From: Meyerozyma guilliermondii
Taxonomy: Eukaryota
Direction of reading: 5' to 3'
DNA: 64,000 nt
Assembly (NCBI GenBank): GCA_051546255.1
Contig: CP128821.1
Span: forward strand, 434,001 to 498,000
Each line of letters begins with the position of its first letter. Position 1 is the first letter of the stretch. Of the stretch, positions 33,152 to 44,432 are shown piece after piece. The translations under genes and the position numbers were made by a program. The notes below the pieces were generated by a model. It was not told where the DNA came from. It saw only the letters and a program-made list of their open reading frames with translations, and ran no database searches.

Positions 33152-34381
33152 ATGGAGCTCTACAATGAGCCAATTGTCATCGACAATGGCTCGGGAACCC
33201 TTAAGGCTGGGTTTGCTGGCGAAGACAAGCCAAAAGCTTTCGGATCTGCCATCGTAGGCAGACCAAAGTACCAGCGAATAATGGCTGGGTCGCTAGGAGA
33301 TGATACAAAATGGCGAACACAAGACGAGGTTTTGGTTGGAGAAGCCGCTCAGAACAATCGTGGGCTTTTGAAGCTCAATTATCCCATTGAACATGGAATT
33401 GTTACAAACTGGGATGATATGGAAAGACTTTGGTATCACACATATACTCAAGATCTCAAGGCTGTTCCTGAAGAACATCCAGTATTGATCACAGAAGCAC
33501 CATATAACCCACGAGCGAACCGAAACCAAATGTGCCAGATCTTTTTTGAGCAATTCAATGTTCCTAGTGTCTACGTTTCCATACAAGCTACCTTGTCGCT
33601 TTATGCTTCTGGGAGAACCACGGGAGTAGTGGTGGATATTGGTGATGGAGTAAGCCATGTTGTTCCCGTATATGAAGGCTTTTCGCTTCCTTCTTCCATA
33701 AAACGCATGGATATTGCTGGACGAGATATAACCGACCAATTGGCTTTGCTCGTTCGACGAAATTCCGGGGTTGTTCTCCAGTCCAGTTCCGAGCGAGAAA
33801 TTGCTCGTCTAATGAAGGAAAAGTGCTGCTTTGTCTCGAAAGATATTGTTAGAGACGAAAAGTTGTATTCACCAGGATTGCTTCATGCTGGCGTAAGCAC
33901 CACTTCTGAACTTTTGGCCGAATATAGACTTCCAGATGGTCATGTTATCCACCTTGGATCCGAGCAGTTCAGAGCTCCCGAAATCCTTTTCAACCCACAG
34001 CTCATTGGCGAAGAAACTCCCGGTATCCATCGACTTACTTCTTTGGCAATTGCAAAAACCGACTTGGATCTTCGTCCAACCCTTTATCAAAACATTATCT
34101 TATCTGGAGGCACCACACTAATCCGAAACATTGGCGAGAGGCTCTTGAATGAGTTGAAAGACGAACAGCAGCAATCTGGGACCACTTTGTGGAGCTCAAA
34201 GAACACTACGTTGGCATATGATACAAAAATGAAAGTCAAGATTTTTGCTCCACCTGAACGCAAGTATACTACCTGGATAGGAGGCAGCATTCTTGCGGGG
34301 TTGTCGACTTTCAAGAAGATGTGGGTGACTGCGCAGGAGTACGCCGAAGACCCGGATATTGTCCACAGAAAGTGCATGTAG
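33152..34381 (+). CDS. ARP1: Actin-related protein of dynactin (centractin)
   Basis: NEPIVIDNGSGTLKAGFAGED, RGLLKLNYPIEHG, APPERKYTTWIGGSILAGLSTFKKMW; ATG at 33152. Confidence 0.92.
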   Translation: MELYNEPIVIDNGSGTLKAGFAGEDKPKAFGSAIVGRPKYQRIMAGSLGDDTKWRTQDEVLVGEAAQNNRGLLKLNYPIEHGIVTNWDDMERLWYHTYTQDLKAVPEEHPVLITEAPYNPRANRNQMCQIFFEQFNVPSVYVSIQATLSLYASGRTTGVVVDIGDGVSHVVPVYEGFSLPSSIKRMDIAGRDITDQLALLVRRNSGVVLQSSSEREIARLMKEKCCFVSKDIVRDEKLYSPGLLHAGVSTTSELLAEYRLPDGHVIHLGSEQFRAPEILFNPQLIGEETPGIHRLTSLAIAKTDLDLRPTLYQNIILSGGTTLIRNIGERLLNELKDEQQQSGTTLWSSKNTTLAYDTKMKVKIFAPPERKYTTWIGGSILAGLSTFKKMWVTAQEYAEDPDIVHRKCM

Positions 34382-34679
34382 AAGAAAGATCATCAAAAAC
34401 GGAATTTGAAAGAATCAAAAAGCTAGTTGAGAGTCAGTCAGGCAGAATTCTTAGGGTTCAAGGTCAGAACTTAACGAACTCAAGTCCAAATTTTTCAGAG
34501 AACCATCCAAGAACCGATACATCAGAGAAATAATGAAGGCATTGCATTGAGGTACCAACTTAGAGCTGCTATCGTCATGAATAACTAACCAATTACATTC
34601 GAAAATCTGACTGATTCTAACAGATCAATTAAAGATGAAAACTGTTCTCGACTCAAATGAGTAGCCGTGGTCATGTGGA

Positions 34680-35327
34680 TTATACACAATAATATCTATC
34701 GCCAAAATCACCCAATCCTGGCACAATGTACTTGTTTTCATCAAGTTTCTCGTCAATGTCTCCGGTGATGATTTTTATGTCGGGATACTTTTCTTGGAAA
34801 GCTTTTATTCCTTCGGGAGCCGCAAGCAAATTCAAAAAGAAGATTCTGTCCATTTTGACACCTCGATTCAACAACACCTCGACAGCCATCATAGCAGAAC
34901 CTCCGGTAGCAAGCATGGGATCCAACAAGAAAACGTACCTTTGACTTATATCTTCAGGCAATTTTTCATAGAACAACTTTGGCAATGCAGTTTCTTCGTC
35001 TCTTTGAATCAAAATTTTGCCAATTCTCACCGATCTACAACAGTCTCTAAGACCCATTTCCATGGATTCTCCAGCACGCACAATCGATACTCCACAAATC
35101 TTACCGAGAAACTTGGCACCTTCGTACTCGTAGTCACCATGACACTTAATTGTAGCCTTTTCTACAGGCAATTGGTTCAAACCCTCTTCCACCAAAAGAC
35201 GAATTATTCTATCAGAATAGAAAACAAAGTCTCCACGCTTAGTTTTTTGGTCTCTGATGATCGAGTATAAACCAATAAGCTGGTTTGTTTGTTGTAAAAG
35301 AATCACGTTCTTCGACGTTTCTGCCAT
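34680..35327 (-). CDS. FUR1: Uracil phosphoribosyltransferase
   Basis: CGVSIVRAGESME, LLDPMLATGGS, YIVPGLGDFGDRY; ATG at 35327; PAC GCGATGAG at 35344. Confidence 0.97.
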   Translation of the reverse strand: MAETSKNVILLQQTNQLIGLYSIIRDQKTKRGDFVFYSDRIIRLLVEEGLNQLPVEKATIKCHGDYEYEGAKFLGKICGVSIVRAGESMEMGLRDCCRSVRIGKILIQRDEETALPKLFYEKLPEDISQRYVFLLDPMLATGGSAMMAVEVLLNRGVKMDRIFFLNLLAAPEGIKAFQEKYPDIKIITGDIDEKLDENKYIVPGLGDFGDRYYCV

Positions 35328-35552
35328 GATTGATGATCTTAGCGCGATGAGATGAGCATTGGTGATGTACGCTGGTGTATTGATGGGACAGAGACAAGAA
35401 TTGTGGACAAGAAAAAGCTGGGGAAAGAAGAATAGAAAGCAATCTATGCTTGGCATCTACCTTTCTTGTTTTCTTTCCTTTATTTCCTCTCCTTTCTCTT
35501 TTTCCTTTTTTCTTAACTTTTTCCTTTCTTTATCTCTACTCGTAATATACAT

Positions 35553-36147
35553 CTATTCTTGTACAAAGGGATTATCTATCTCTTCACTTCCATCGAAAGG
35601 TCCCAATGTGAGCAACGACGTACCCCTAACTACCACACGACCAAACTTTCTCTTCTTGGCTGGCGCATCTTCGGCTGCTGTTAGTATTAAATATTGAAAA
35701 AAAGTATTGAATGTCAAAATAAAAAAGTTAGAACGTACCTGTGATGGTCTCTTCCACATTCTCCAATACAAGGTTCATCAATTGGTCAAATCCAGTCAAA
35801 ACACCGGTGATTTGACGACCACCAATAAACTTGACTCTGACTTTCTGGTCCTTATATTTGTTCAAGTCCAAGATGGCTTCTCGCTTGGGTCCATCATGCT
35901 TGGAATTGTTGTTGCGCCTCCTGTTCTGGTTCTGATTCTGACCCTGGTTGGTATTATGGCCGTGATTATGGCTTAGGTTTTGGTTCTTTTCTTTGTTCTG
36001 GTTTGACTGAGACGTTAGTATTTAACTGTTGGGAAAGATGGGTGCGGTTTGGTGAGATTATATGAATTCTTAAGGCGCTAGGAGCATATATAGCCCGTTT
36101 CAGCGCCTGGAGTAGCCTCAAAGTCGGTTTGTACTTACCTCCTCCAT
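35553..36147 (-). CDS. LSM7: Lsm7; three exons 36147-36139, 36006-35739 and 35674-35553
   Basis: Introns GTAAGT..TACTAACGTCTCAG and GTACGT..TACTAACAGCAG; spliced product PKREAILDLNKYKDQKVRVKFIGGRQITG.L.GFDQLMNLVL...GRVVVRG...GSEEIDNPF. Confidence 0.92.
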
Positions 36148-36429
36148 GATACTAAAGATGATTCCAACGACGAGTTTTCGTTGCGACTTTGTTCCTGCAG
36201 ACAAGAGTCTGGGGAAGAGAAATGGTAGGACAAGAATGGGAAAAGGGATGAAGAAAAGGGTGAAAATGGTTTATTTGGCGATAGATTGAGCTACCAAATA
36301 CCCTAATCCTCTGATATTGGCTCCACAAGTTCTTTATTTGTTCTTTGAGTTACTGTAGAATGAACCTCTCACCTGCAGTCCCAACCACCGCGATATTTGA
36401 AATTGCAAATTGCAAATTCAAACTTTGGT

Positions 36430-37167
36430 ATGGATTTCAATATTTACGTAACCTCTTATTTGACGTCTTCCGAGAGGCGGATCTCGCCCCAGTGGGACCT
36501 TGCGTACCTCAAACGACGCCTAGAAGGAATAACCGGTATTCCACCCTCGGATCAGACACTTCTTCATTATCCAACATCTACCTCAGACGAAGTTAGAATA
36601 CTTTCTGATGGTCAAAAATACTCGGAAGAACGTGACCAAGCCACCAGAGTGCTGGACCTCAATATAGCTCCATACAGTCGTGTACATGTTACGGATATCA
36701 CTGGAAATACTGACATGAACTTGGACGAAGAGAACGAACAGAACGCGGGTTTTGAGCTTTCCGAAGAAGATTACGCAAAGAGAACCGACTCAGTCCTCAA
36801 TTGGAAGCGGGAAAACAAATTGGGCCGGTTTGACCCTACAGTGGAACAACAACGGCAAAAAGAGGCGGCTCAGAGCGAAGAACTCACATCAAAAATGACC
36901 GTCGGCGATCGTTGCCGCGTCATAAGCATACAAGGAGAACGTAGGGGAGTCGTTCGGTTCATTGGAAAGATCCAAGCACTCGATAAAGGCGAAAATACCT
37001 GGGTTGGAGTGGAGTTTGATGAGCCTGTAGGCAAGAACAATGGTGCCATTGGAGACGAACAAATTTTCAGTTGCGGTCCTAAACACGGCAGCTTTCTCAA
37101 ACCCAAACAAGTGGAAGTCGGCGACTATCCTCCCATTGATCCGTTTGAAAGTGATGACGAGTTGTAA
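36430..37167 (+). CDS. ALF1: Tubulin folding cofactor B
   Basis: Ubiquitin-like N-terminus; CAP-Gly WVGVEFDEPVGKNNG; C-terminal DDEL. Confidence 0.92.
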   Translation: MDFNIYVTSYLTSSERRISPQWDLAYLKRRLEGITGIPPSDQTLLHYPTSTSDEVRILSDGQKYSEERDQATRVLDLNIAPYSRVHVTDITGNTDMNLDEENEQNAGFELSEEDYAKRTDSVLNWKRENKLGRFDPTVEQQRQKEAAQSEELTSKMTVGDRCRVISIQGERRGVVRFIGKIQALDKGENTWVGVEFDEPVGKNNGAIGDEQIFSCGPKHGSFLKPKQVEVGDYPPIDPFESDDEL

Positions 37168-37265
37168 CCACCACCTATAATTTGCAACCGGGTATACCGA
37201 TTACATAAGCCGCACCATCGATCTCAATTCGGTTCCCGTAACTTCCATAAACCAACATAACAACA

Positions 37266-37643
37266 ATGTTTGAGTTTGTTTTTGATTATGTTGACCGCGA
37301 CGAGTTCACAAAGTACATACGCTTGCTCATCATCGTGTCGTGCTACATTCTCTTCCGCAAGTACTACACAAAGTACGCTTCGCTGAAACTTATCAAGCGC
37401 CAATTGGAGCAGGACAAAAAGGAAAAAGAAGAGAAACCGGCTCGAGACAGTGCTGAGCGTCAAGCTTTGCACGATAAGTTGGCTGCGGAGGCGGAAACGA
37501 TTGGGTGGGGAAAGAAAACAAGAAAAAATGTCCAGGTGCACCAGCTGATTTTGGAAGCTCAGGCTGCCGAGCTTCGTGAGAGACACCAAACTGCGTACGA
37601 TGCCGCCGAGGATAATGATATTGAGGATTTGCTTGAGGATTAG
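37266..37643 (+). CDS. PGA2: PGA2-family trafficking protein
   Basis: IRLLIIV..YIL.R, GWGKKTRK, D.DIEDLLED. Confidence 0.85.
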   Translation: MFEFVFDYVDRDEFTKYIRLLIIVSCYILFRKYYTKYASLKLIKRQLEQDKKEKEEKPARDSAERQALHDKLAAEAETIGWGKKTRKNVQVHQLILEAQAAELRERHQTAYDAAEDNDIEDLLED

Positions 37644-37839
37644 CCAAGGACTAATTAGTGGATTGAGTGGATTGATAGTGGGTTTGAAGGTGATAAACAG
37701 GTAAGAGGTGAAAAAGGAAAAGAATTGTAATAGATGTATGAAGTAAACACGTTTAGAAGAGAAGCATCACGAAAGAGAGGAGCCTTTCATATCTATGTAT
37801 CGTAGTTTTTTATGATAGACCTGGTCAGCTCCTCTTCAT

Positions 37840-37876
37840 CTCATCGCGCACGTGACTTCTCACTGCGTGAAAATTT
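37840..37876. promoter_or_regulatory. Ribosome-biogenesis promoter: PAC, Cbf1-like and RRPE-like sites
   Basis: CTCATCGC 37840, GCACGTGAC 37848, TGAAAATTT 37868. Confidence 0.65.
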
Positions 37877-37902
37877 ACAATACATCAACTATCTACTTTC
37901 TA

Positions 37903-39438
37903 ATGGCAAAGGACCGTCTTCCGACCGAATCCGGGCGCAAAAGAAAGCAGAATAATCATATAGGGTCGCGTAAACAGGCCAAAACGACAAAAACAACCAC
38001 CCCTGCCACGCAAAATGACGAAGAAATTTCCGGTGTAAGCAGTTCCGAAGACGATGAGTTTGGGTCCAATGGTTCCGAAACCGAAAATATAGAGGAGAAT
38101 TCCGAATTGTCTTCCGACGAGGAGTTTGCGGCCGAGTCTGCCGCCGACAAGCGCCGAAGATTGGCCAAACAGTATTTGGAAAACTTGAAAGAAAACGAAT
38201 TTGGAGACGATGATTTTAATGCCCAAGATTTGGATGATGATATTGTTTCTAGAAGGTTACAGGTGGATGTAGCTGAGGGAAAAGGGTTCATATACAAGTT
38301 TCTCGGCGACAAGTTGGAGGCACAGATAAACGAGGTGAATGCTATTAGTACCAGAATTGGAAGCAAGAATGTCACTGGAGTTAGTGTACGGTATCCACAC
38401 CTTTATACTGTATCCAAGGATATGGAGCTTGTCAAGTGGGACGTGGAAAAGAAACCACAGCGAGTCAAACATACTAGAGGAGGCAGAAAACACATCAATT
38501 TGCGCAGGGAGCAACATATGAACCACCACTATGATCAGATTAATTGTGTGGCAGTTTCGCCCGATGGAAAATATGTGGTTACTGGAGGAGCTGATGGTCG
38601 TCTTATTATCTGGTCGTCAGAAAACCTTGTCTGCTTAAAGGTTCTTGAAGTTAGAAGTTCCATAAATTCGATCACATTTCGTCGAGGAACAGACCAGTTA
38701 TACGCAGCATGTCTGGATCTCCGGATTCGAACCTATTCGATCAACCAGTTTGCCCAGCTCGAGGTGTTGTATGGACACCAGGATACAATCACCGATATTT
38801 CGTCTTTGGCGAGAGAAACCTGTGTTTCCGTGGGAGCTCGCGACAAGATGGCCATGTTCTGGAAGATATCGGAGGAAAGTCGTTTAACTTTTCGAGGAGG
38901 AGATTCTATGGAGAAAAAGAGAAAGAATGAAGAAACACCAATGTATGCCGAAGGCTCCATAGAAGTGGTGTCTATGAATGATGAATCTCACTTTGTTACA
39001 GGGTCCGATAATGGAAATGTATCGCTTTGGTCTTTGGCCAAGAAAAAACCATTATCCACCCACAGAATCGCCCACGGAATCCAACCGCAACTTACACCAG
39101 AACAAGCTAGTGGAGAAACCCATCCTGAAGCTTCGTTGGTGGTTCCACAGCCGCAACCTTACTGGATCACCGCCGTATACGCCGTACCATATTCGGACAT
39201 TTTTGTCACTGGATCTTACGACGGAGCCATCCGAGTGTGGAGAATCGAAAGAGAAACGATGCGGACGTTCAAATTGGTGGGAAGCGTGGCGGTTCGTGGA
39301 TGCGTGGTGGGTTTTGATAGTGTGGAGTTGAAGGGTAAATTGATCATTTACGCTGTACTCAGTAAAGAGCATAAGTACGGCCGGTGGATCAAGGTGGCAG
39401 GACGAAATAGTCTTGTGTCTATAGCATTTGATATATAG
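37903..39438 (+). CDS. RRP9: U3 snoRNP WD40 protein Rrp9
   Basis: ESAADKRRRLAKQYL, LYGHQD, RETCVSVGARD, KEHKYGRW. Confidence 0.95.
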   Translation: MAKDRLPTESGRKRKQNNHIGSRKQAKTTKTTTPATQNDEEISGVSSSEDDEFGSNGSETENIEENSELSSDEEFAAESAADKRRRLAKQYLENLKENEFGDDDFNAQDLDDDIVSRRLQVDVAEGKGFIYKFLGDKLEAQINEVNAISTRIGSKNVTGVSVRYPHLYTVSKDMELVKWDVEKKPQRVKHTRGGRKHINLRREQHMNHHYDQINCVAVSPDGKYVVTGGADGRLIIWSSENLVCLKVLEVRSSINSITFRRGTDQLYAACLDLRIRTYSINQFAQLEVLYGHQDTITDISSLARETCVSVGARDKMAMFWKISEESRLTFRGGDSMEKKRKNEETPMYAEGSIEVVSMNDESHFVTGSDNGNVSLWSLAKKKPLSTHRIAHGIQPQLTPEQASGETHPEASLVVPQPQPYWITAVYAVPYSDIFVTGSYDGAIRVWRIERETMRTFKLVGSVAVRGCVVGFDSVELKGKLIIYAVLSKEHKYGRWIKVAGRNSLVSIAFDI

Positions 39439-39461
39439 TTGCATAAACGATAAGAAAACAA

Positions 39462-40124
39462 TTAAAAGGCGGCTTCATCGTCTCCTTCGTCTATACCATC
39501 GTCGTCTCCATCATTAAAGTATTTTTCAGCATTATAATCGTCGTCTTCGTCTTCTTCAAACTCATCGTCCATATCCGGCTCCTCCTCTCCGTTGTCTTGT
39601 ATGCTGGCGTCACCATCTTCCAAATTGTCTGCCAATTCTTTGAGTTTTTCAAGCTGTGCTTGTACACTGAGTTCATGGTCATTTTGATTAATTTCATACT
39701 CTGCAAGCCCGCCATTGTGCTTGAACGATGATAACGAAAGTAGTCTCTTTTGCTTGTTGGAAATTCCCATCACCAGGTATAATTCTTCAGGAAAGTATTC
39801 GAGTTGATATGGGTGTTCTTCGACGGTTCTTCCGATCTTTTTGACTGGTTTATACTTGTCTGAATGTCGCTCTATGCCGTCCAGCGATGTGCCTACGAGT
39901 GGTTTGTCCAAGGACTCTACGTTGCCCGTAAAGAAGGGTCCGTTGACCAACAATTGTGAAAAGGCCATGGCCTGTTTCGAGGCATCGGATTCGTTTTCCA
40001 AAAGTGGCCAATTTACCGGAAACTCGAGGGTAGGAGTTGCGGACCCTGAGGACGAGCTGGTGATATCGCTGTAGTCTAGCCCAAAAGGAAGGAGGGTTCG
40101 GGCATTATTCCTGCCAAAAGACAT
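39462..40124 (-). CDS. RPC31: RNA polymerase III subunit C31
   Basis: LPFGLDY, GPFFTG, DGIERHSDKY, FPEEL, acidic tail DDDYNAEKYF; ATG at 40124. Confidence 0.9.
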   Translation of the reverse strand: MSFGRNNARTLLPFGLDYSDITSSSSGSATPTLEFPVNWPLLENESDASKQAMAFSQLLVNGPFFTGNVESLDKPLVGTSLDGIERHSDKYKPVKKIGRTVEEHPYQLEYFPEELYLVMGISNKQKRLLSLSSFKHNGGLAEYEINQNDHELSVQAQLEKLKELADNLEDGDASIQDNGEEEPDMDDEFEEDEDDDYNAEKYFNDGDDDGIDEGDDEAAF

Positions 40125-40435
40125 AAAGAAGTGGTGATGGAGATCCTGCTGGATGCGAAAAGTTTGTGGTGCATGGGTGCAAAGAGAGCAGAGGAAGAGA
40201 AAAGGAGAGATAATAAGTAAGGGAAAAATGAAGAGATAAATAACATACACAAAGATTGAATGAAGACGAGATGAATTAATGCGTATGGGCTTACCTTTTT
40301 GTTCTTTCTTCTTTTTTTTTTCTTTCATTTTTCTTATTCTTTCTTATTCTCTGATCTCTTCCACCCGTGCACCAGATCGCCGCAAGCCGCACTCGATCAC
40401 AACACAACTATCAACATCACAGCCTCAACCTACAA

Positions 40436-42028
40436 ATGCTCCAAGACGATTTTAGTGACCAAAGTGGCGACGATTTGGATAATATTGGCCCCGGGGAACC
40501 CAAATCTGTGGTAGAATCTGCAAATGGAACATTGGTGATAATTGTTTGTAGAGGAAAACATTTACCAAACCGAAGAAAACTTGATAAACAATCGCCATAT
40601 GTCTCTTTGAGACTAGGAACAATAGCCAAAAAGACGAGCGCTCATTTCCGGGCGGGACAAACTCCAGAGTGGACCCAGGAGATTCGGTTTGAGTTGGAAA
40701 GAGACAAGAAACCCATATTGAAAGTCGATGTTTTGGACGAAACTAAAGGTGAACCAACGCCAATTGGTTCTGTTGAGATCGATTGTGCTGTTCTCTTTGC
40801 TGAGGAGAGGTGTCAGGACGGAAAATATATCTTTGATCAGTGGCACGAGTTGATGTTGAATGGAAAAAGAGCCGGGATGATTTATTTGGAAATGACATTC
40901 TACCCCAGTTCTCCACTTCTTCCTCCCAAATTGCCAGCTAAGACTTCTGGTTCTTATAGCGTGGGTTCCACGTCCGTGTCGCCGAGAAAGCAGCTTCCTG
41001 CTCCTCCTGTACACCCTTCACAGCTGCGTCCCAAGACGGTAGCCGACGATATATTTGTCACTTCCGAGTACGAAAAGAGTCGAAAACACTCATTTTTCGG
41101 CTCGCCATCTCCCAAAGAACTCACCACGTCCACAACCAGTGATCCTCTGGAGGAAAAAAGTCCCAAAAAAGCCGGTCGTTTTGCCAAACTCAAATCCAAG
41201 TTTCAGTCTAAAGAGCCCATATCGCAGTTTTGGGACCTTCCAAAGAAACGAGCAGGACTGCCCAAACGACGCTCCGACTCGCCAATCAGCGAATATGGCT
41301 TTGACGACGAAATCGAGCCGTACCCAGCTATGGGCCTTTACAACGACGAAGATATCCCGCCACCTCCTCCACCACATAGTGTCTGCGATATGCCGCCACC
41401 CACGCCCCCACACTCTACCCATGGCCAGACACCATCATATAACCAGAACCTCTCTGTCAGTCCTGATCGGCGGCCTCGCAGTCCGCAGAGAAAACCTCCA
41501 CAAACAATAGACCTTCACCCACCAAATCACTCACCTAACCATACAACTGAAACCACCCTTAAAGGCACTGCTCTTCCGTTTTCAGCAGACACAATTGGCA
41601 TTGAAGACGACGACGAGCCGCTTCCCACAAAAGTGTTCTTATTGGGCGAACAAATCAAGTCCTTAAGCCACTCTGGAAACCACACCGAGCACAAAGCCGC
41701 CGACCCAAATCATATTGATCCCAAGTACTATGCCCCCACGCCGTCTGAGCACTTGGCTACCACACTCCGACTCCAGAATGGAGGTGTAAAAAAGGAAGAC
41801 GTTGCTGTGGATCTCAGAACTGACGAAACCGGATACTTGGGAGACGGAAAATGGAAACAAAGATTTTCCCCTTCTGTGTTTGACCGAGCTATGGAGCACG
41901 ATGAGAATCTTGGATTTGAGCACAAGCCCAGAGTTCCGCCAAAAATACCTCGAGGGATGTCGGAAATGGAGTATTATGTGTTGGAGAAGGAGAAGTTTTT
42001 GAAGGACCTCAATGGCAGGCGAGCGTAA
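40436..42028 (+). CDS. INN1: C2-domain cytokinesis protein Inn1
   Basis: LPNRRKLDKQSPY, RAGQTPEW, IYLEMTFY C2 domain; PxxP-rich tail; PKYYAPTP. Confidence 0.85.
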   Translation: MLQDDFSDQSGDDLDNIGPGEPKSVVESANGTLVIIVCRGKHLPNRRKLDKQSPYVSLRLGTIAKKTSAHFRAGQTPEWTQEIRFELERDKKPILKVDVLDETKGEPTPIGSVEIDCAVLFAEERCQDGKYIFDQWHELMLNGKRAGMIYLEMTFYPSSPLLPPKLPAKTSGSYSVGSTSVSPRKQLPAPPVHPSQLRPKTVADDIFVTSEYEKSRKHSFFGSPSPKELTTSTTSDPLEEKSPKKAGRFAKLKSKFQSKEPISQFWDLPKKRAGLPKRRSDSPISEYGFDDEIEPYPAMGLYNDEDIPPPPPPHSVCDMPPPTPPHSTHGQTPSYNQNLSVSPDRRPRSPQRKPPQTIDLHPPNHSPNHTTETTLKGTALPFSADTIGIEDDDEPLPTKVFLLGEQIKSLSHSGNHTEHKAADPNHIDPKYYAPTPSEHLATTLRLQNGGVKKEDVAVDLRTDETGYLGDGKWKQRFSPSVFDRAMEHDENLGFEHKPRVPPKIPRGMSEMEYYVLEKEKFLKDLNGRRA

Positions 42029-42174
42029 ACGACAGAAGACAAATAAAGAAGCCATAATCTATTTAAGGTTCATTATCTATATATATGAGTCTACGACTCA
42101 TATAGGTCTACGTCAATCAAGCGTAAGTATTATTGGATATCTAGTAGTAGTTACAACGTTAAAAGATCTATGGA

Positions 42175-42969
42175 TCACAAAAGAGCAGCAGCCAAACCCA
42201 CAAGGCCAAGAGCAACTCCGGCGGTGGCTTCCATGTGAGCAGCACCACCCTTTGACGACGTTGATGCCGCCTTTGTCAGTTGTGCAGTGGTCGATTCAGC
42301 AGCCACAGTCGACAAAGAAGACTTGGACAACGTCTTGGTGTGGGATTTGGACGAGTGAACTGAAGTGGAGTTTGCCCAAGTCGAGTTGGAGATTGCATAG
42401 GGAGCCTTTGTCAGAGACGCCGTGGCGTTACGAGAAGCCACGGCCACCACGCCTTTAAACCCGTCAAGGGTAGGCTTGGCCTTGGCCGAAGCCACAGAGG
42501 CAGCGGAAGCGGCCGAAGCGACGGAGGCAGCCGAAGCAGCTGCGGCAACAGAAGCAACAGAAGCAGCCGAAGCAACAGAAGCGGCAGACTTAGCAGAAGC
42601 CGCGGAAGCAACAGAAGTGGCCGAAGCAACACTGGCTGCACTGGCTGCAGAAGCTGCAGAAGCTGCAGAAACGGAAGCTGCACTGGCTGCAGAAGCACTA
42701 GCGGCCGAAGCAGCACTTGCTGCACTTGCAGCACTGGCAGCGCTGACCGAGGAAAGCGATGCGGCAGCCACTTTTGCCACTGAAGCTGCCGAAACCGAGC
42801 TGACGGAAGCGGCACTAGCAACTGAAGCAGCGCTTATCGATGATGACTCTTGAGGAGTGAGCAAAGTTTTGGTGACGGTGATCGTCAGAGTGAGAGTGCT
42901 GTCATCTGCAGCGACAAAACCAACCAAAGAAGCGGCCAAGACGGGGAAAACGGCGGCGTTGAAAAGCAT
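42175..42969 (-). CDS. GPI-anchored Ala/Ser-rich cell-wall protein
   Basis: Signal peptide, (ASAASA)n repeats, S/T-rich stalk, GGAA plus hydrophobic C-terminal GPI signal. Confidence 0.88.
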   Translation of the reverse strand: MLFNAAVFPVLAASLVGFVAADDSTLTLTITVTKTLLTPQESSSISAASVASAASVSSVSAASVAKVAAASLSSVSAASAASAASAASAASASAASAASVSAASAASAASAASVASATSVASAASAKSAASVASAASVASVAAAASAASVASAASAASVASAKAKPTLDGFKGVVAVASRNATASLTKAPYAISNSTWANSTSVHSSKSHTKTLSKSSLSTVAAESTTAQLTKAASTSSKGGAAHMEATAGVALGLVGLAAALL

Positions 42970-43763
42970 GATTTTCAAAGTTTTTTGCAGCTTGATATTA
43001 AGGAAAGACTAGGGTAGGTAAGGAACGTACGTCAACAAGAAGATTCGAGCGACAAAATTAAGGAGTACTTTAAGCTGGGCTAATGAGTGAACGAAGGAAA
43101 AAAAAAACCAGAAAACGTACAGTTGATGACTAAATAAACAAATTGCAATAGCCGTTCGCGATTTGTTTATGGTGCAATGCATATGCATAGTTTCGTAGCG
43201 CGGACCGTGCACCCGAGCGGGTTTACGACATTGCCCCATTCGGTAGGTGTTTAGCCCTTTTAGGGTTGTCATATGCACGGTGGTTGGGTGTATATGCAGC
43301 CGCGTCGCTAGACTGTGGCGACATCGTCTCGAAACGGCGCGCCGTTTGTGGTGGAGTGCATGCCACCTGCCAGATTCAGACTGTACTTCATTATATCGCC
43401 GTATTGGGAACCATTGTTACTTGACAAGTTATTGATTGGTTCACCTTTAAAACAATAAGCGATGCGATCAAATAGTGTCGCGTGGTGTTACGGATCAATG
43501 GCCAATTGTAGTAAAGTATTGTGTATTTCTGATTTTTCCAAAAACGGCTTTTTCAGATTTGGTTGATTTCTGGCCAGAAATGGTGAATGCCGTGCACCTA
43601 AATGATTATCATCAACCGGCTAATTCGTGGGATTTAGTGGTGGGATTTTGTTGTCGATGCATTGTGGTAGGCGCACGATATTTTCTACAAAAGTCCCGTG
43701 ATTTACAATCACGTGACTCTCTCTCTTTACTTCATTCTCAAATTTTTCATCTCTCAATCCTCC

Positions 43764-44321
43764 ATGTCTCGTTTGATACGGTTTTCCACTGGGGTTCGGG
43801 CTTATTCCCAAGTTCCCTACGAGTCTGTGCCCAGAAACAGATACAACGCCAAGCGCTCAGCATTTAATTTTAAACCTAACCCCACCCACGGCTTGGTTCA
43901 CAATCCACCAGCGTCGGCACCTTCGTTGAAAAAAACTCCTAGACCATTTTTACCTGCCAAAGATCCTCGGATCAGCGTTCTCGCGGACACATACAAGGTA
44001 TACTCTCCGGAAGAGTTGCAAGATATGCCATTGATAGTAGGATATTCTCAAAATAGAGACTACTCTGTTGATGGAGAAACAGCGTTAAAGATTCAAAAAT
44101 TACGAAATGAAAATCCTGGTCAATGGACTATAAGCAAATTAGCCAAAGAGTTTGGTATTTCGCAGAAAATAGTAAATGTTATTGCGGGCACCAATATTCA
44201 ACGTCGCAAACAACTCGATGGTGAGAATTTGCAACTACAAGCAAACTGGTCAAAGGACAAAATTCAGGCCAGAGAAGACCGTAGGAAGCGGGTACAGATG
44301 TGGTTGCGCAACGAATACTAG
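43764..44321 (+). CDS. MRPL20: Mitochondrial ribosomal protein mL58
   Basis: HNPPASAPS..TP..FLP.KDPR, LR.ENP..WT..KLAKEF, AREDRRKR; Cbf1 site at 43709. Confidence 0.85.
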   Translation: MSRLIRFSTGVRAYSQVPYESVPRNRYNAKRSAFNFKPNPTHGLVHNPPASAPSLKKTPRPFLPAKDPRISVLADTYKVYSPEELQDMPLIVGYSQNRDYSVDGETALKIQKLRNENPGQWTISKLAKEFGISQKIVNVIAGTNIQRRKQLDGENLQLQANWSKDKIQAREDRRKRVQMWLRNEY

Positions 44322-44432
44322 TCATAAATAACGAATGAAGGGTGTACATAGTAAATTTAATCGTATGCATTATACTACACTATGGTACACTAATGTACAC
44401 TTTGACTTTGGTCAAAGATATGATACAGATAA

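Noticed and set aside
36132..36140. TACTTACCT as a U1 snRNA 5' end
   Set aside because: It is the reverse complement of the LSM7 5' splice site
42422..42853. (EAAEA)n ORF on +
   Set aside because: Antisense of the Ala/Ser repeats of the GPI protein; no ATG start
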